63,775 bases of DNA, filler included, from Octopus bimaculoides (GCF_001194135.2; 3 parts of 3 records of this genome joined end to end with filler, not necessarily neighbours in it); one strand, 5' to 3'; counted from the whole stretch's first letter, positions 37,282-51,023 are shown. Numbers and translations: made by a program. Notes: generated by a model from the letters alone, not told the origin.

Positions 37282-38314
37282 ACGCTGGATATTATGATGA
37301 AATGATTACCACCCTTGTAATATCTGCTCATAATGGGATGATACGTGGTTTGAAAAACTAGCCGTTAATTCGAATACACTCTATTAAAACCGATGACGAT
37401 CTTCAAGTCGATACGGTTACAAAAAAATGCTTCTTCTACTACGTAACATGTGATTATTATTTTGAAGTTGCCGCTTGAAACCAACATTTACATCTCAAAG
37501 AATGTATTAAAATAGCTTCTGAATCTTGTTTGAGGCTAAGACTAAAAATGATAAGTACTACAAGACATTTTCACAATATATAATTCCTTGAAAATAGTCA
37601 GCCTGTATGCAGACACTAAGAAGTTTCACTCTCTTACTCTTTTTTTTCTCTCGATAGCTAATCTACGAATGCTCTGTGAAGAAATAAAAAAAGACAGACA
37701 CCCGTTCCTTGAATGTATTTTAGACTAACTATTTTCGGTTTATAAGTAGTGTCTCGCTTCATAAGTTGTTTAATAGATATAACCAAAGTTATATCATACT
37801 GACGATTTCTAAAAAGAATGAGATTGCCACTGACTAATAATATTACGAAGTTTGTGATGAGTAAAAAACAATTAATATGCGAATTCTATGCATCGTTTGG
37901 ATTTAAATTCAAATTTCTAATCCCTCCTAATGTCATGAAGACATGATTATCTGCCTTACAATAAGTTTCCACTGGGAGATGACATGTGTGTGTAAGTGAC
38001 ATATATATACACGCAAACGCACACACATACATATATGTAAAGATATACATACGCACATTTTGTGTATGTATGTATGTATGAAGCGACGACCAATATTTTA
38101 TCTAGATCACTTGAAAATTGTGGAAACTCCTTCCACATGAAACCACTGGCAGCCTTGTTAATCCACAAATAAAGAATATTTATCCACCATATGCAGTACT
38201 GAGCAACTCATGCTCACTGTCCGAAACTATTGCACCAGCGTTTCTGGCGTTTCAAATACTGGACGCATTAAATATGTTTTCAAATGCATTAAATACATAA
38301 TCAAAACAAATAAA

Positions 38315-38355
<41 letters not shown>

Positions 38356-38640
38356 NNNNNNNNNNNNNNNNNNNNNNNNNNNNNNNNNNNNNNNNNNNNN
38401 NNNNNNNNNNNNNNNNNNNNNNNNNNNNNNNNNNNNNNNNNNNNNNNNNNNNNNNNNNNNNNNNNNNNNNNNNNNNNNNNNNNNNNNNNNNNNNNNNNNN
38501 NNNNNNNNNNNNNNNNNNNNNNNNNNNNNNNNNNNNNNNNNNNNNNNNNNNNNNNNNNNNNNNNNNNNNNNNNNNNNNNNNNNNNNNNNNNNNNNNNNNN
38601 NNNNNNNNNNNNNNNNNNNNNNNNNNNNNNNNNNNNNNNN

Positions 38641-39314
38641 TTTGATTAAAGTCTTCTGTTGACTCAAATCTTCCTCCTTCGAGTGTTTTTCTGAGCTTTG
38701 GAAATAGCCAAAAGTTGCATCAAGCCAAATCTGGGGAGTAGGAAGTCCGATGAACAAGTGAGTTTTGCTCGACGCGGAATGCTTGGACGACGTGGGCAGA
38801 ATGAGCGGGTGCGTTGTCATGGTGGAGTTTCCAGTTCTTTGCTGCCCACATGTCGGGTCGATTTTTCCGCACAGCTCCAGGAAGGTGACGAATAACTCTA
38901 AAGTAGTATTCAGTGTTATTTGTCTGGCCACAATGTGGCTCACTGTCTACTGAGGTGCGGCCATCTTTGAACAATTTGTATCACTCCTTTATTTGTGTTT
39001 TGCCCATAGCATCATCTCGAAAAGCCTTCTGACTCTTCTCGAAATTCAGGGCTTTCGTATCATCAAGATTTTGGCAGAATTTGATACAGGATCTTTGCTC
39101 AATGAGCTCGGTCATCTTGACTCAAAAAGAAAAATCGCTCTTCACGTCTGTACTCAACTCGTTACTCCGGGCGAATGGCGCAACCTACAGACACGAAAAA
39201 TTTTGCGCAGGCTTAGGAAGGACGCGGCCACCTAATATCCATGCGGATTTTGCTCAAGCATTATTATTTTGTGCAAAAAAGAATCAAGGTCAGATATTTT
39301 TTGACTACACCTCG
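38641..39314 (-). mobile_element. Internally deleted mariner transposon (other end in gap)
   Basis: TA|CGAGGTGTAGTCAAAAAATATC terminus; ORF 38720-38974 joins FKDGRTSVDSEP (HTH) to KNWKLHHDNAPAH...SYSPDLA (catalytic). Confidence 0.85.
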
Positions 39315-39761
39315 TATATATGTATGTATGTATATATATATATATATNNNNNNNNNNNNNNNNNNNNNNNNNNNNNNNNNNNNNNNNNNNNNNNNNNNNN
39401 NNNNNNNNNNNNNNNNNNNNNNNNNNNNNNNNNNNNNNNNNNNNNNNNNNNNNNNNNNNNNNNNNNNNNNNNNNNNNNNNNNNNNNNNNNNNNNNNNNNN
39501 NNNNNNNNNNNNNNNNNNNNNNNNNNNNNNNNNNNNNNNNNNNNNNNNNNNNNNNNNNNNNNNNNNNNNNNNNNNNNNNNNNNNNNNNNNNNNNNNNNNN
39601 NNNNNNNNNNNNNNNNNNNNNNNNNNNNNNNNNNNNNNNNNNNNNNNNNNNNNNNNNNNNNNNNNNNNNNNNNNNNNNNNNNNNNNNNNNNNNNNNNNNN
39701 NNNNNNNNNNNNNNNNNNNNNNNNNNNNNNNNNNNNNNNNNNNNNNNNNNNNNNNNNNNNN

Positions 39762-39841
<80 letters not shown>

Positions 39842-41059
39842 GTAAGTGAGTACATATAAGTGAGAGTGTATGAGAGTGTGTGAATATGTGCAGCATGCGT
39901 CTCTGTGCTCCTGTATGTATAAATGTATGTATGTTTCTACGTACGTATATGCATATATACGCGTGCGCGCACACACATACACATATATAAACATATGCAA
40001 ATATGTATATGTATTATATATGTATATATATATGTATATATACATATATGTCTGTATATATGTATGTGTGTGTTTGTGTGTGTGTGTGTGTGTGTGCGCG
40101 TATAGATATATGTATGTATGTAGGTATTTATATGCATGTGCATATGTATATGATACAACATGTCTCTTAGTGTGGAATGAAAGTTAGGCAATATAACCGT
40201 ATATTTTCGTTAGTACAATGAAGTTACTACGTTTCAAACTTCGTTAAGTTCTCGTCACAACTGGTTTAACAACACTATCATTTTACACTTTTTATATATA
40301 GCTTTGATATATTTATTCTTGATATGATGGTAACCAGAGTTAAACAAACACTGATTATACATTTAATGAAATTTGAATCCAGAGACAGTTCAAAACGTGC
40401 GCAGTACTGCAGTTAACTTAGAACCCTGTCTACCGAGTTTCATTTATTTTTAAAAATATCATGCATTCTGTGAACGATAACGCCATTGGTTACAGTTTCC
40501 CTACTGACCAATCGTTGCTTCTCACTGTATTTCTGTTGTTAATAGTGAGCGACAAGAGAGTGTCTGTAGAAATTCATTGGAATAAATACCGCGCAGTATT
40601 TTTGTTTTAACGCGGCGGTGGCGGCTGGTATCGGCAAATTTTCTCACCGATGTATATATCATTTACCGATTAAGGCGGCGAGCTGGCAGAATCGTTAAGG
40701 AAGCTGGATAAAATGCTTAGCGGCATATCGTCCGTTCTTACGTTCTGACTTCAAATTCCTCCGAGATAGACTTTAGCTTTCATCCTTTCGAGGTGGATAG
40801 AATAAGCAATAGTTAAACACTGGAGTTGATGTAATCGGCTTACCTCCTCCGAAAATTTCTGGCCTTGTGCCAAAATTTGAAACATATCATTTGCTGATAC
40901 TCAGTCTTGCATACACGCACAAACACGCACAAAGACACCGACACACACACATACACACAGGCGCACACGTAAACACGTTCATATACATATATGTGTTTAT
41001 GTGTGTGGATACATCTATGTATATATATGCATGCGTGTATATATATATCAGCAAATGAC

Positions 41060-41325
41060 ATGTTTCTCCTTATAGAATATACTTAGTAATGCTCAAGAGA
41101 TTTAAACTTGAGTGGGTAGAGAGGTAAATGTAGGGATGAGCGAATTAGACAGATCAATATATAAAGTATATTAAATACATGAAATACAAAGAATATACAT
41201 ATGTACACATCTAAAATAGTCCAAATTACGCAGATTAGAAAAGGTATAGAGAATTAAAGGGGTGGAGGGAAAGTATTGCAAATCCAACAGTGTTTCTGGG
41301 GGCTCGGCGGTCCATTTTTATACAG
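41060..41325 (-). repeat. Uninterrupted paralogue of the repeat at 42300-42425 plus 43104-43300
   Basis: gtaatgctcaagagatttaaacttgag...tattaaatacat...gaattaaagggg...tccaacag(c)tgtttctgggggct is shared by both copies. Confidence 0.8.
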
Positions 41326-42235
41326 TGTGTGTGTGTGTGTGTGNNNNNNNNNNNNNNNNNNNNNNNNNNNNNNNNNNNNNNNNNNNNNNNNNNNNNNNNN
41401 NNNNNNNNNNNNNNNNNNNNNNNNNNNNNNNNNNNNNNNNNNNNNNNNNNNNNNNNNNNNNNNNNNNNNNNNNNNNNNNNNNNNNNNNNNNNNNNNNNNN
41501 NNNNNNNNNNNNNNNNNNNNNNNNNNNNNNNNNNNNNNNNNNNNNNNNNNNNNNNNNNNNNNNNNNNNNNNNNNNNNNNNNNNNNNNNNNNNNNNNNNNN
41601 NNNNNNNNNNNNNNNNNNNNNNNNNNNNNNNNNNNNNNNNNNNNNNNNNNNNNNNNNNNNNNNNNNNNNNNNNNNNNNNNNNNNNNNNNNNNNNNNNNNN
41701 NNNNNNNNNNNNNNNNNNNNNNNNNNNNNNNNNNNNNNNNNNNNNNNNNNNNNNNNNNNNNNNNNNNNNNNNNNNNNNNNNNNNNNNNNNNNNNNNNNNN
41801 NNNNNNNNNNNNNNNNNNNNNNNNNNNNNNNNNNNNNNNNNNNNNNNNNNNNNNNNNNNNNNNNNNNNNNNNNNNNNNNNNNNNNNNNNNNNNNNNNNNN
41901 NNNNNNNNNNNNNNNNNNNNNNNNNNNNNNNNNNNNNNNNNNNNNNNNNNNNNNNNNNNNNNNNNNNNNNNNNNNNNNNNNNNNNNNNNNNNNNNNNNNN
42001 NNNNNNNNNNNNNNNNNNNNNNNNNNNNNNNNNNNNNNNNNNNNNNNNNNNNNNNNNNNNNNNNNNNNNNNNNNNNNNNNNNNNNNNNNNNNNNNNNNNN
42101 NNNNNNNNNNNNNNNNNNNNNNNNNNNNNNNNNNNNNNNNNNNNNNNNNNNNNNNNNNNNNNNNNNNNNNNNNNNNNNNNNNNNNNNNNNNNNNNNNNNN
42201 NNNNNNNNNNNNNNNNNNNNNNNNNNNNNNNNNNN

Positions 42236-42293
<58 letters not shown>

Positions 42294-42425
42294 ATGAGAG
42301 ACAGATATTCTCTGTATAGAACACAGTTTGTAATGCTCAAGAGATTTAAACTTGAGCAGGTAGAGGAGTAAATGTAAGGCTAAGCAAGTTAGGCAAGTGG
42401 ATATGCAAACAATATTAAATACATA

Positions 42426-43103
42426 TGTAGCGGGCTGGATGTGATGTCAATTCGATATGATGTAGCTCACTAGTGAATGTAGCGTGTAGATGTAACGCTT
42501 GAAGGTTCTCACGTCGGAGTACCACTAAACATCGGAGAATCAACACCAAAACGGAAGAAATATTATTTACATATGTTTATTCGTTTGCCTGACCGGTAGT
42601 TAAAGAGACAGTAGCAATTCTAGTCATAGTGACAACAAGGATGGCTCGCTGGTTAGTAGTTGATGGTATAGAAAAAGATTGTCTGTCAGTAAAGAGTGAA
42701 AGAGTAAGGAATGCATGGTGCTGACTAGAAAGGAAGAAAGGATAAAGGCGGCATCGCCTTTCTTGTGGCCGAAAGCCTCTCTTCGCATGTCGAGCGAAGT
42801 GCGAAGGAAAGTGCTTCTCTTGGTTAAGGCTGACGCAAAAACAGGTGTTGCTCCTTGGTCTGGCTGACACAAAAGAGGAAGAAATAGAAAATTTTCTCTG
42901 TAATATAGACTTTGGTCAGTAATGTAGGTCAAACCTTAAGCAAAGGACTCACCTTTTCTTGACCAGCACAGGTCCTGGGGCGGGGTGGGGAGTGTTTCCC
43001 CATCAATCATCTGGTGTGGAGAGGATTTCCCGCTCGTTTTGACAAGCAACAAGCAGATGGATTTGGTTTCAAATCTCATGCAGGGTCAAGCTAGATCCTT
43101 GCA
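42426..43103 (-). mobile_element. Solo LTR (678 bp)
   Basis: TG...CA; TSD CATA (42422-42425, 43104-43107); the paralogue at about 41170-41200 lacks the insert; minus-strand AATAAA at 42576-42581. Confidence 0.75.
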
Positions 43104-43208
43104 CATATAATACAAAAAATGTACATATGCTTACATTTGAAAAGGTCCGACTTACACGGAATAGAAATGATATCAGGAATTAAAGGGGTTGAATAAGAGT
43201 TTTACGAG

Positions 43209-43299
43209 TCCAACAGCTGTTTCTGGGGGCTTAGTGGTCTAAAATAATGATTGTAAATTGATTCCATCATCGGATAATACCAGCCTCCGTCTTCAGGGA
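43209..43299 (-). ncRNA. Type I hammerhead-ribozyme-like motif with intact core nucleotides
   Basis: TCC-CTGAAGA-CGGAGGCT...AGCCCCCA-GAAAC-AGCT-GTT-GGA: stem I 3 bp, stem II 6/8 with long loop, palindromic stem III, GUU triplet. Confidence 0.5.
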
Positions 43300-44147
43300 A
43301 GAATTTTACATTTAAAGTGTTGATAGAAAGGAAATTAAAAAAAATATACATACACGCACACACATATATATATATCTGTGCGTGTATGTATATATACATG
43401 TATATATCTGTGTGTGTGTGTCTTTATGTTTGTTTTTGTTCCCTACCACCGCATGACAACCGGTGTTAGTTTATTTACGTCTCCGTAACGTAGTTGTTCG
43501 GCAGAAAAGGCAGAGAGAGACTTCAAAAAATAAGTGCCGGTATGAATTTGCTCGACTAAGCTGTTGAAGGTGGTGCCCCAGTATGGCCACAGTCCATTGA
43601 CTGAAACAATTAAAAGAGATAAGGTAAAGAATTACACACACATGCACGCGCGCATGGACACACACATGCACACACATATATATATATATGGGATTCTTCG
43701 TAGTTTCCGTCGACTGAATTCTACCCACGTGGTATTAGTCAACCTTGGTCTCTGGTAGAAAACCCTTGGCTAAGACTCTGCCGCTGGGACATCGGACCCG
43801 AAGCCTTTAATTGCGAAGTGAGCTCTTTTACCGCACGGTTATTCATCAAATTAAGAAAGCCAAAACAGACTTTAGTGTAATATTTATTTTACTTCTGAAG
43901 ATAGTTTTTGAAGGCAGTGCTACAGCCTGGTCTTGGGCGTGATGGCTAAAACTAAAAGAAACTAAAGAAGTTAAACAACATAGTGGAATGTCTGTCTCGA
44001 TAAGGGAGACTCCTGTAACGACTTACAAGAGCAACGGAGGATTTTGTAATCAAACGATTGTGTCTTTAGCGAATATGATACGGAATCTTGATAACGGAAA
44101 TTGGAATATATAATGCGTGCGTACTCGCGCAAGTGGGTGTTGGAGTA

Positions 44148-44199
<52 letters not shown>

Positions 44200-45025
44200 T
44201 ATAAATCGCATGTAAATATGTAAATATTATTATGGCATATGTACATATTTAAATATGTACCCAAGCTAAAGTGTTCACTTCCAAGATACCCGTATATCTG
44301 TTCTACAGCTAACATACAAACATGAATATAGACACAATATAGACACACCCACGCGCACACACACGCACACACACATACACACACACAAACACACACAAGC
44401 TCACACACAAAAACGCGAATGCACGCACACACACTCATACATATACACACACGTATACATACATATAAATAGTCAACACACGCATATACGCATTCACATT
44501 CATACTGTCTATATCCTACTCACATGAATACAGCATACATACATATAGTCACATACAACGTCCATATAAACACAATATGCTATTGCCCCTCTACCTAAAT
44601 ATCACATATTCATACGCATATACATACACAAACGCATACATGTTTTCAAATAAACTAAATACTCATGCGATAATCTACACTCGCACACACACATTGACAC
44701 ACAAACACGCACACACGCACATACACACGCACACACATACGCAAATATATACGAGCTAATTTAACATGGCTATAAGCACGCACACACGCGTATCCATAAA
44801 TGTATTGAAATAAAATACACATCATTCAATAATCTGCACACACATACGTGCACACATACACTCACATACACATACACTCACATATACATACAGCTATAAG
44901 TACGCACACACGTGCACACATATATGCATTGAAATAAAATACCCATAATTCAATAATCTATAGACACACATACACGCAGGAAACGTACATGTATTCATAT
45001 AAAATACACAACAGTACAATAATCT

Positions 45026-45068
<43 letters not shown>

Positions 45069-45184
45069 ATGCTCACATGCACNNNNNNNNNNNNNNNNNN
45101 NNNNNNNNNNNNNNNNNNNNNNNNNNNNNNNNNNNNNNNNNNNNNNNNNNNNNNNNNNNNNNNNNNNNNNNNNNNNNNNNNNNN

Positions 45185-45243
<59 letters not shown>

Positions 45244-46949
45244 ATGCTCACATGCACACAAGCATACGTACAGTCAAGTTATCACGGGTTGGGAGTAAAA
45301 AGATAATGGCGCCTTGACAGGCAAAGAACGATAAGAGGGTTTCTGTGTTTATACATGGTTGACTGAAAGCCGGTCATTGTTAATCTCATGAATGTGCTAA
45401 AGATGTAGAAAAAAGAAGCCTGTTTGACTGTACAAGATCTGAAGCCCTGCACGTAATTTCTGGCTTACTGACAAAGCAGTTACAATTTAAAATAAAATGG
45501 AGCCAATTAGTTGCCGGCAGTTTTGGTCATTATCTTTTATCTTTTACTTGTTTCACTCATTGGATTGCTGCCATGCTGGAGCACCGCTTTGAAGACTTTT
45601 AGGGTAGTAAATCGGCCAGTATTTATGTTCTTTTTTTTTTTTTTGCTTTTGAAATCTGGTACTTATTCTATTTATCTTTCTGCTGAAATGCTGATGTTAC
45701 GCGGATGTAAACAAACCGATGCCGCTTGTCAAGCTGTAAGAGTCGAGGAAGGAGACAGACACAAATACAAAAACATGCGCACGCACGCATACGTACATCG
45801 GGCTTCTTCTAGTTTCGTCTACGAAATCCACTTACTAACCTGGGGCAATTGTTGAAGACGTTTGCTCAAAGTGCAATGTAGAGTAACTGAATTCAAAACC
45901 ATGTACTAGGAAGTAAGGTTTCTTTTCGATTTAACTTTTTTCAGTTTTCTTATCTCCCTTCTCAATCCCACCTTTTCTCTTATTATTTAAAATGACGTAT
46001 TTCAAATGATTTCTCGTTCACAACTCATTGCCTTTAGAATGTTCTATTCTTTTCTAATTTCTTTCCCATGTTTTGGTCACTCAACTTCCCCTTCCCATAC
46101 TATTCTTCTATATTGTCTGCCTCACCTAGTTTTCATCCTTCTTTAGTCTCTCTTAAGCTCCTTTGCTTTCAAATTCTTTTTCAGCGTTTTCCCCCGTTAA
46201 ATCTGTTTCATTTTCCACTTCCACTTTCTTTCAAGGATTTTCATAATTTTCCGTCAGTTTTCAATATATATTTCTCATTCCGAGTTTCTTGTTACCTTTC
46301 AAATACGACTGAAAGCTTTCTTATAAATTACAGGCTAATATAAAAGCTATATAAGGCGATGAGCTGGAAGAATCATTAGCACGTCGGGCAAAAGACTTCG
46401 CGGTATTTCTTCCAGCTCTTTACATTCTGAGCTCAAATCTCGTCGAGGTCAGCTTTTCTTTTCGTTCCGCCGGGGGTCAATAAAATAAAATGCTAGTCAA
46501 GTACTTATTGCCTTCCCTCAAAAGATGGCCTTGAGCCCTGCAATGGACAGTCGTCCTATTCAGAGGCAGTGTTCTAATTTAGGTCATTTATACAGATGGA
46601 AAACCGGTTGACCAACCATATTAATCCTAAGGCTCAAGAAAACAATGTGTTATATTTTGGTGAAAGCAAAGTTTATAAATACTTTGATTTTAAGATTTAA
46701 ACTCTTATTTTAAACAATTGTCTTGCTATTTAGAATTTAGGTTTAAGAGTAGAAATGCCTAATGCATACGAAAACTGTGATGCAACGATTATATACATTG
46801 TAATAGGGAAAGATTAGAAATAGAGACACAAAACAATGGTGTGAGAGGGGAAGGAAGAGACGGAATTGGAGAGAAAGATGGAGAGGGATGGGAGATGGAG
46901 AGGAAAAGGGAGAGGAAAGGAGAAAGATGGAGTTTCGCTGAAGATGACA

Positions 46950-48100
46950 AAAAATCTACCAACATTAAATAAATAACAAGCCTTAGAAAAGCTAATAAAT
47001 TAAGAGTTCCCGCACAAAAAGAAAAAGACTTACGTAACTCACAAGGACCATAACCCCATGGATAAACTAATAGCCAGAGCCATATAAAACTGAATCAGGA
47101 AGAATAAGTAAAAACATTTAAGATAAACTCAGGAACAACATTTTGACAAGTCCTTGAGTAGCACATTGAGCACTTTAGAATAACAGTGCCTCAGTTATAA
47201 GTTGGTTTATTCGTATCGCAGAGAAGCAAGACTATACATTCATCCAATTTGATATAATTGACTACTATCCACCCATCACTAAATAGCTATTACTAAAAGG
47301 TACAAAGTTCACAAAACTCCACCTTGTGGCAGACCATAACATACAAATTATAATGTATTCCAAGAAAACAATTTTCTTCTATAACGACAGCAAACGAATG
47401 GGAAAAAGACAACACAAATCTCTTTTATGTAAGTCTGGTAGTCAGAAATTCCGCAGACATTTCAAATCTAATTGGATTATACATTTTATGCTTAATAAAC
47501 AACAAATTCCACACCAGTAACGGAGGAATTTATAGAGATGACAGTCTAGAAATTAAAAAAAATATAAACGAGCAACCAACAAATAAGTTAAGAAAAGGCA
47601 TAAACGAACTATTTAATGACGTGAACCTTAAAATAGTCAGCATTCCACCTTAACGACGAAAGATTCCAACCATACATTAAACCAAACGACTCAGTCTGAT
47701 GTATACACCACCCACTATGCACACTTAGAGATCTACGTACCAACCTGAGCAAACAAATCTCAACGATTTCTAACGATGAAGCACTATTCAGCAAAGTAAC
47801 AAAGTAACAAATGCACAACAGTTCCAAGTGTAGGGACAAACTAACTTTAAGCCCTTCAAACATATACATGGAGAAACATATTTGCCGTCATCGAATGCAG
47901 AAACAGAAGAATCTCACTGGTTAAGGAAAAAGCTTCCCAAACAGTTGAAGCATATCATTATAATAAATACAATGGATTCCTACGTTTCTTGCCTTAAAGA
48001 TCAATATATGACCGTAGTACAATGGATTTTGCCTTACGTTGTCTGAAAAGCCATATTATATTGGAAGTATTAGTTTTTATACGAAAATATCCAACTTTTA

Positions 48101-48171
<71 letters not shown>

Positions 48172-48460
48172 TGTGTGTGTGTGTGTGTATCTGTGTGTGT
48201 GTATGCATGTACAGAGAGAAGGAGAGAGAGAGGGAGGAGAGAGAAACAGAGTGAAAGAGAGAGCAAGCAAGAAAGAAAGAAAGAGGAGAGGGGAAAGATG
48301 CAGAAAGGAAAATGTACGATTATCGTTAAATATTTGATATGACAAAAATTAAATCTACTTACACATACACGAAAATTAATGAACTTTATACAAAGCAATA
48401 TAAAAGACAACACAAAATATATAAAAAAAGCTACCACATAAAAAAGAAATCAGGTTATAC
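46950..48460 (+). mobile_element. Decayed Penelope-like element (RT and start of GIY-YIG region)
   Basis: Frameshifted peptides YVTHKDH, KTESGRISKNI, NKLRKGINELFNDVNLKI, FHLNDERFQPYIKPND...LSKQISTISNDEALFS and CRKEN resemble the Penelope RT, thumb and linker. Confidence 0.75.
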
Positions 48461-48905
48461 ATACAGTGGAATAAAACTTATATAATCTATATAGTAATAT
48501 TTAATAATAAGCTGGTGGATTCCTAGGCAGCGTTTATATTTTTAACGCCGAGGACTCCACCGGATTGAGTGGTACTGTCCAGGTGTCGAAACCAGAGTAA
48601 TATCTGTTTGGCAGCTGATGATTGGCATTCACAAATATTATGCGCGATTATGAATTTCTTATATTGTCGTCTCGTTATTCTGGGTTGCCCTAAATTCTTG
48701 TAAAGTGGAAAATGTTTGTGGATTCATAGTTTGTGGGGATCTTCTACCTTGGTATTATTTGGTTTACTCCATAGGTAACCTAATTAAGCTTGGACAATGC
48801 TTAGATATTGGAGTCTAGTTTTGGGAGTTTATGTGCCATATATTTATACAGTCGTCGCTTATGGCAAAAAGACATTGTTTGTGAATATCTCCAGCCTTCA
48901 TCAGC

Positions 48906-48957
<52 letters not shown>

Positions 48958-48958
<1 letters not shown>

Positions 48959-49769
48959 GTCATAGAAATAGACAAAGTAAAATCGCAACAGCGGCTGAGA
49001 AGCTCAGGACTCAAAACAGAGACTGAAGGATTTTTAATTTCAACACAAGACGAAAGGCTCCCCATCAGAAATTACCGAAAACACATAATGAAAAAAATAC
49101 AAGAGACTGCAGAATATGTGGTGATGAGGAATAAACACTAAATCATATTTTCTCTGGCTGCTCAGTTCTGGTTAAGAAGGAATATATTGACAAGCATGAC
49201 AGAGTTGGGACCTTCACACACTGGAGTCTATGCCAACACAATGGAATGACAACAGAAAAAAAGATGGTATAGGCACACGCCAAAAAAGGTTTCAGAAAAT
49301 GACAAAGCAACCATACTCTGGGATATGTCAATGCACACAGATAGAGAAATCAAGGCTAAATATCGGATATAGTTGTCAGAAATCAAGAAAAAAATGCCTT
49401 TTAATCGATGTAACAATGCCAACAGATGATAATGTAGCTCTAAAAGAAACGGAGAAACTCTCAAAATACAAATATCTGGAAATAGAGGTAACTCGAATGT
49501 GGAGCCTAAAAACAGAAACAATCCCTGTAATAATAGGTGCATTAAGTATTATTAAACACATTCAGACAAATATGTAACCAAAACATCAGGACTTACGAAT
49601 GTATATAACATACAGAAAATAGCACTACTAGACACTGCGCATATCCTACGTAAAGCATTTTCAATACAGTGAATATAAGAGCACCACAACAAACCACAGC
49701 ACCTACCCAAGGCACACAGAGCTGCCCTCGGTAGTTCAGTGAAAGCGTGTGAGAACAAAATGAGACAAT

Positions 49770-49849
<80 letters not shown>
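48958..49849 (+). mobile_element. 5'-truncated R4/Dong-type non-LTR retrotransposon (RLE domain) in (AAT)n
   Basis: GLKTETEGFLISTQD; CRICGDEE..NHIFSGC (CCHC); DIVV...LLIDVTMPTDDNVALKETEKLSKYKYL (PD-(D/E)xK-type); (AAT)n on both sides. Confidence 0.88.
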
Positions 49850-50069
49850 CATACAGAAAATTGCACTACTGGGTACTGCACACATTCTACGCAAAACACT
49901 TTCAATACAGTAAACATAAGAGCACCACAGCAAACCACAGCACATACCCAAGGCGCACAGAGCTGCGCTCGGTAGTGAAGTGAAAGCACGTTATAAAAAT
50001 AAAACTACTGAATAATAATAATAATAATAATAACAACAACAACAACAACAATAATGATAATAATAATAA
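49849..50069 (+). mobile_element. Second, shorter 3' fragment of the same R4/Dong family
   Basis: aacatacagaaaat.gcactact...gagcaccac..caaaccacagcac.tacccaaggc.cacagagctg repeats 49607-49770 with several substitutions and has its own AAT/AAC tail. Confidence 0.88.
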
Positions 50070-50229
50070 TCCTTTGTATTGTAGGCACAAGGTCTGAAGT
50101 TTGGGGAAGAGTACAGTCGATCATATCGATCCCACTGCTCCACTGGTACTTATTTCATCGAACTTGAAAGGCTGAATTACTTGGCTGGACGTCCTAAATC
50201 TCTGCCTTCTTACTATGCTTTCACATATG

Positions 50230-50595
50230 TGATATGTATTGCACTCGGTCGCTTACGGCGTCGAGGGTTCCAGTTGATCCAATCAACGGAACAGCCTGCT
50301 CGTGAAATTAACGTGCAAGTGGCTGAGCACTCCACAGACACGTGTACCCTTAACGGGGATATTCAGCGTGACACAGTGTGTGACAAGGCTGGCCCTTTGA
50401 AATACAGGTACAACAGAAACAGGAAGACAGAGTGAGAGAAAGTTATGGTGGAAGAGTACAGCAGGGTTCGCCACCATCCCCTGCCGGAGCCTCGTGGAGC
50501 TTTAGGTGTTTTCGCTCACTAAACACTCACAACGCCCGATCTGGGAATCGAAACCGCGAGTCCGCTGCCCTAACCACTGGGCCATTGCACCTCCA
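50230..50595 (-). mobile_element. tRNA-derived SINE (family D)
   Basis: Minus strand gtggaggtgcaatggcccagtggttagggcagcgg...gtttcgattccc head; partial copy at about 25540-25635. Confidence 0.75.
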
Positions 50596-50954
50596 CGATA
50601 TGTATTGCATATGTTGTTTATAAAATATATATTGCGAATTTTTTCAGTATAAAATATACATTGCCTATTTTAGATGAACAGTAAAAAAACACAAATATTC
50701 AAAATTAACCTATACACCGCTGTAGTAATTTAGCTTCTAACCTAATATTCTATGCTCTCAGGTGGGGTAGAAAATGGGGCGTTGTTCCTCTGACGGTCAG
50801 TCAGGAATTAGTAAAACGAGTCCATCAGGGATTCTTCACTATTTTTCCTTGAATACTTGATGTATTGAACGAATGTGTTCATACTCAGGACTTCAAACCA
50901 ATTTCTTCTCACAGGCTTTTCAAACACGCACATACAGACATATACGCACGTACG

Positions 50955-51023
<69 letters not shown>

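Noticed and set aside
48560-48905. Minus-strand LLMKAGDI motif resembling the start of a CR1/L2 ORF2
   Set aside because: Single short motif followed by multiple stops; cannot be supported without a search.
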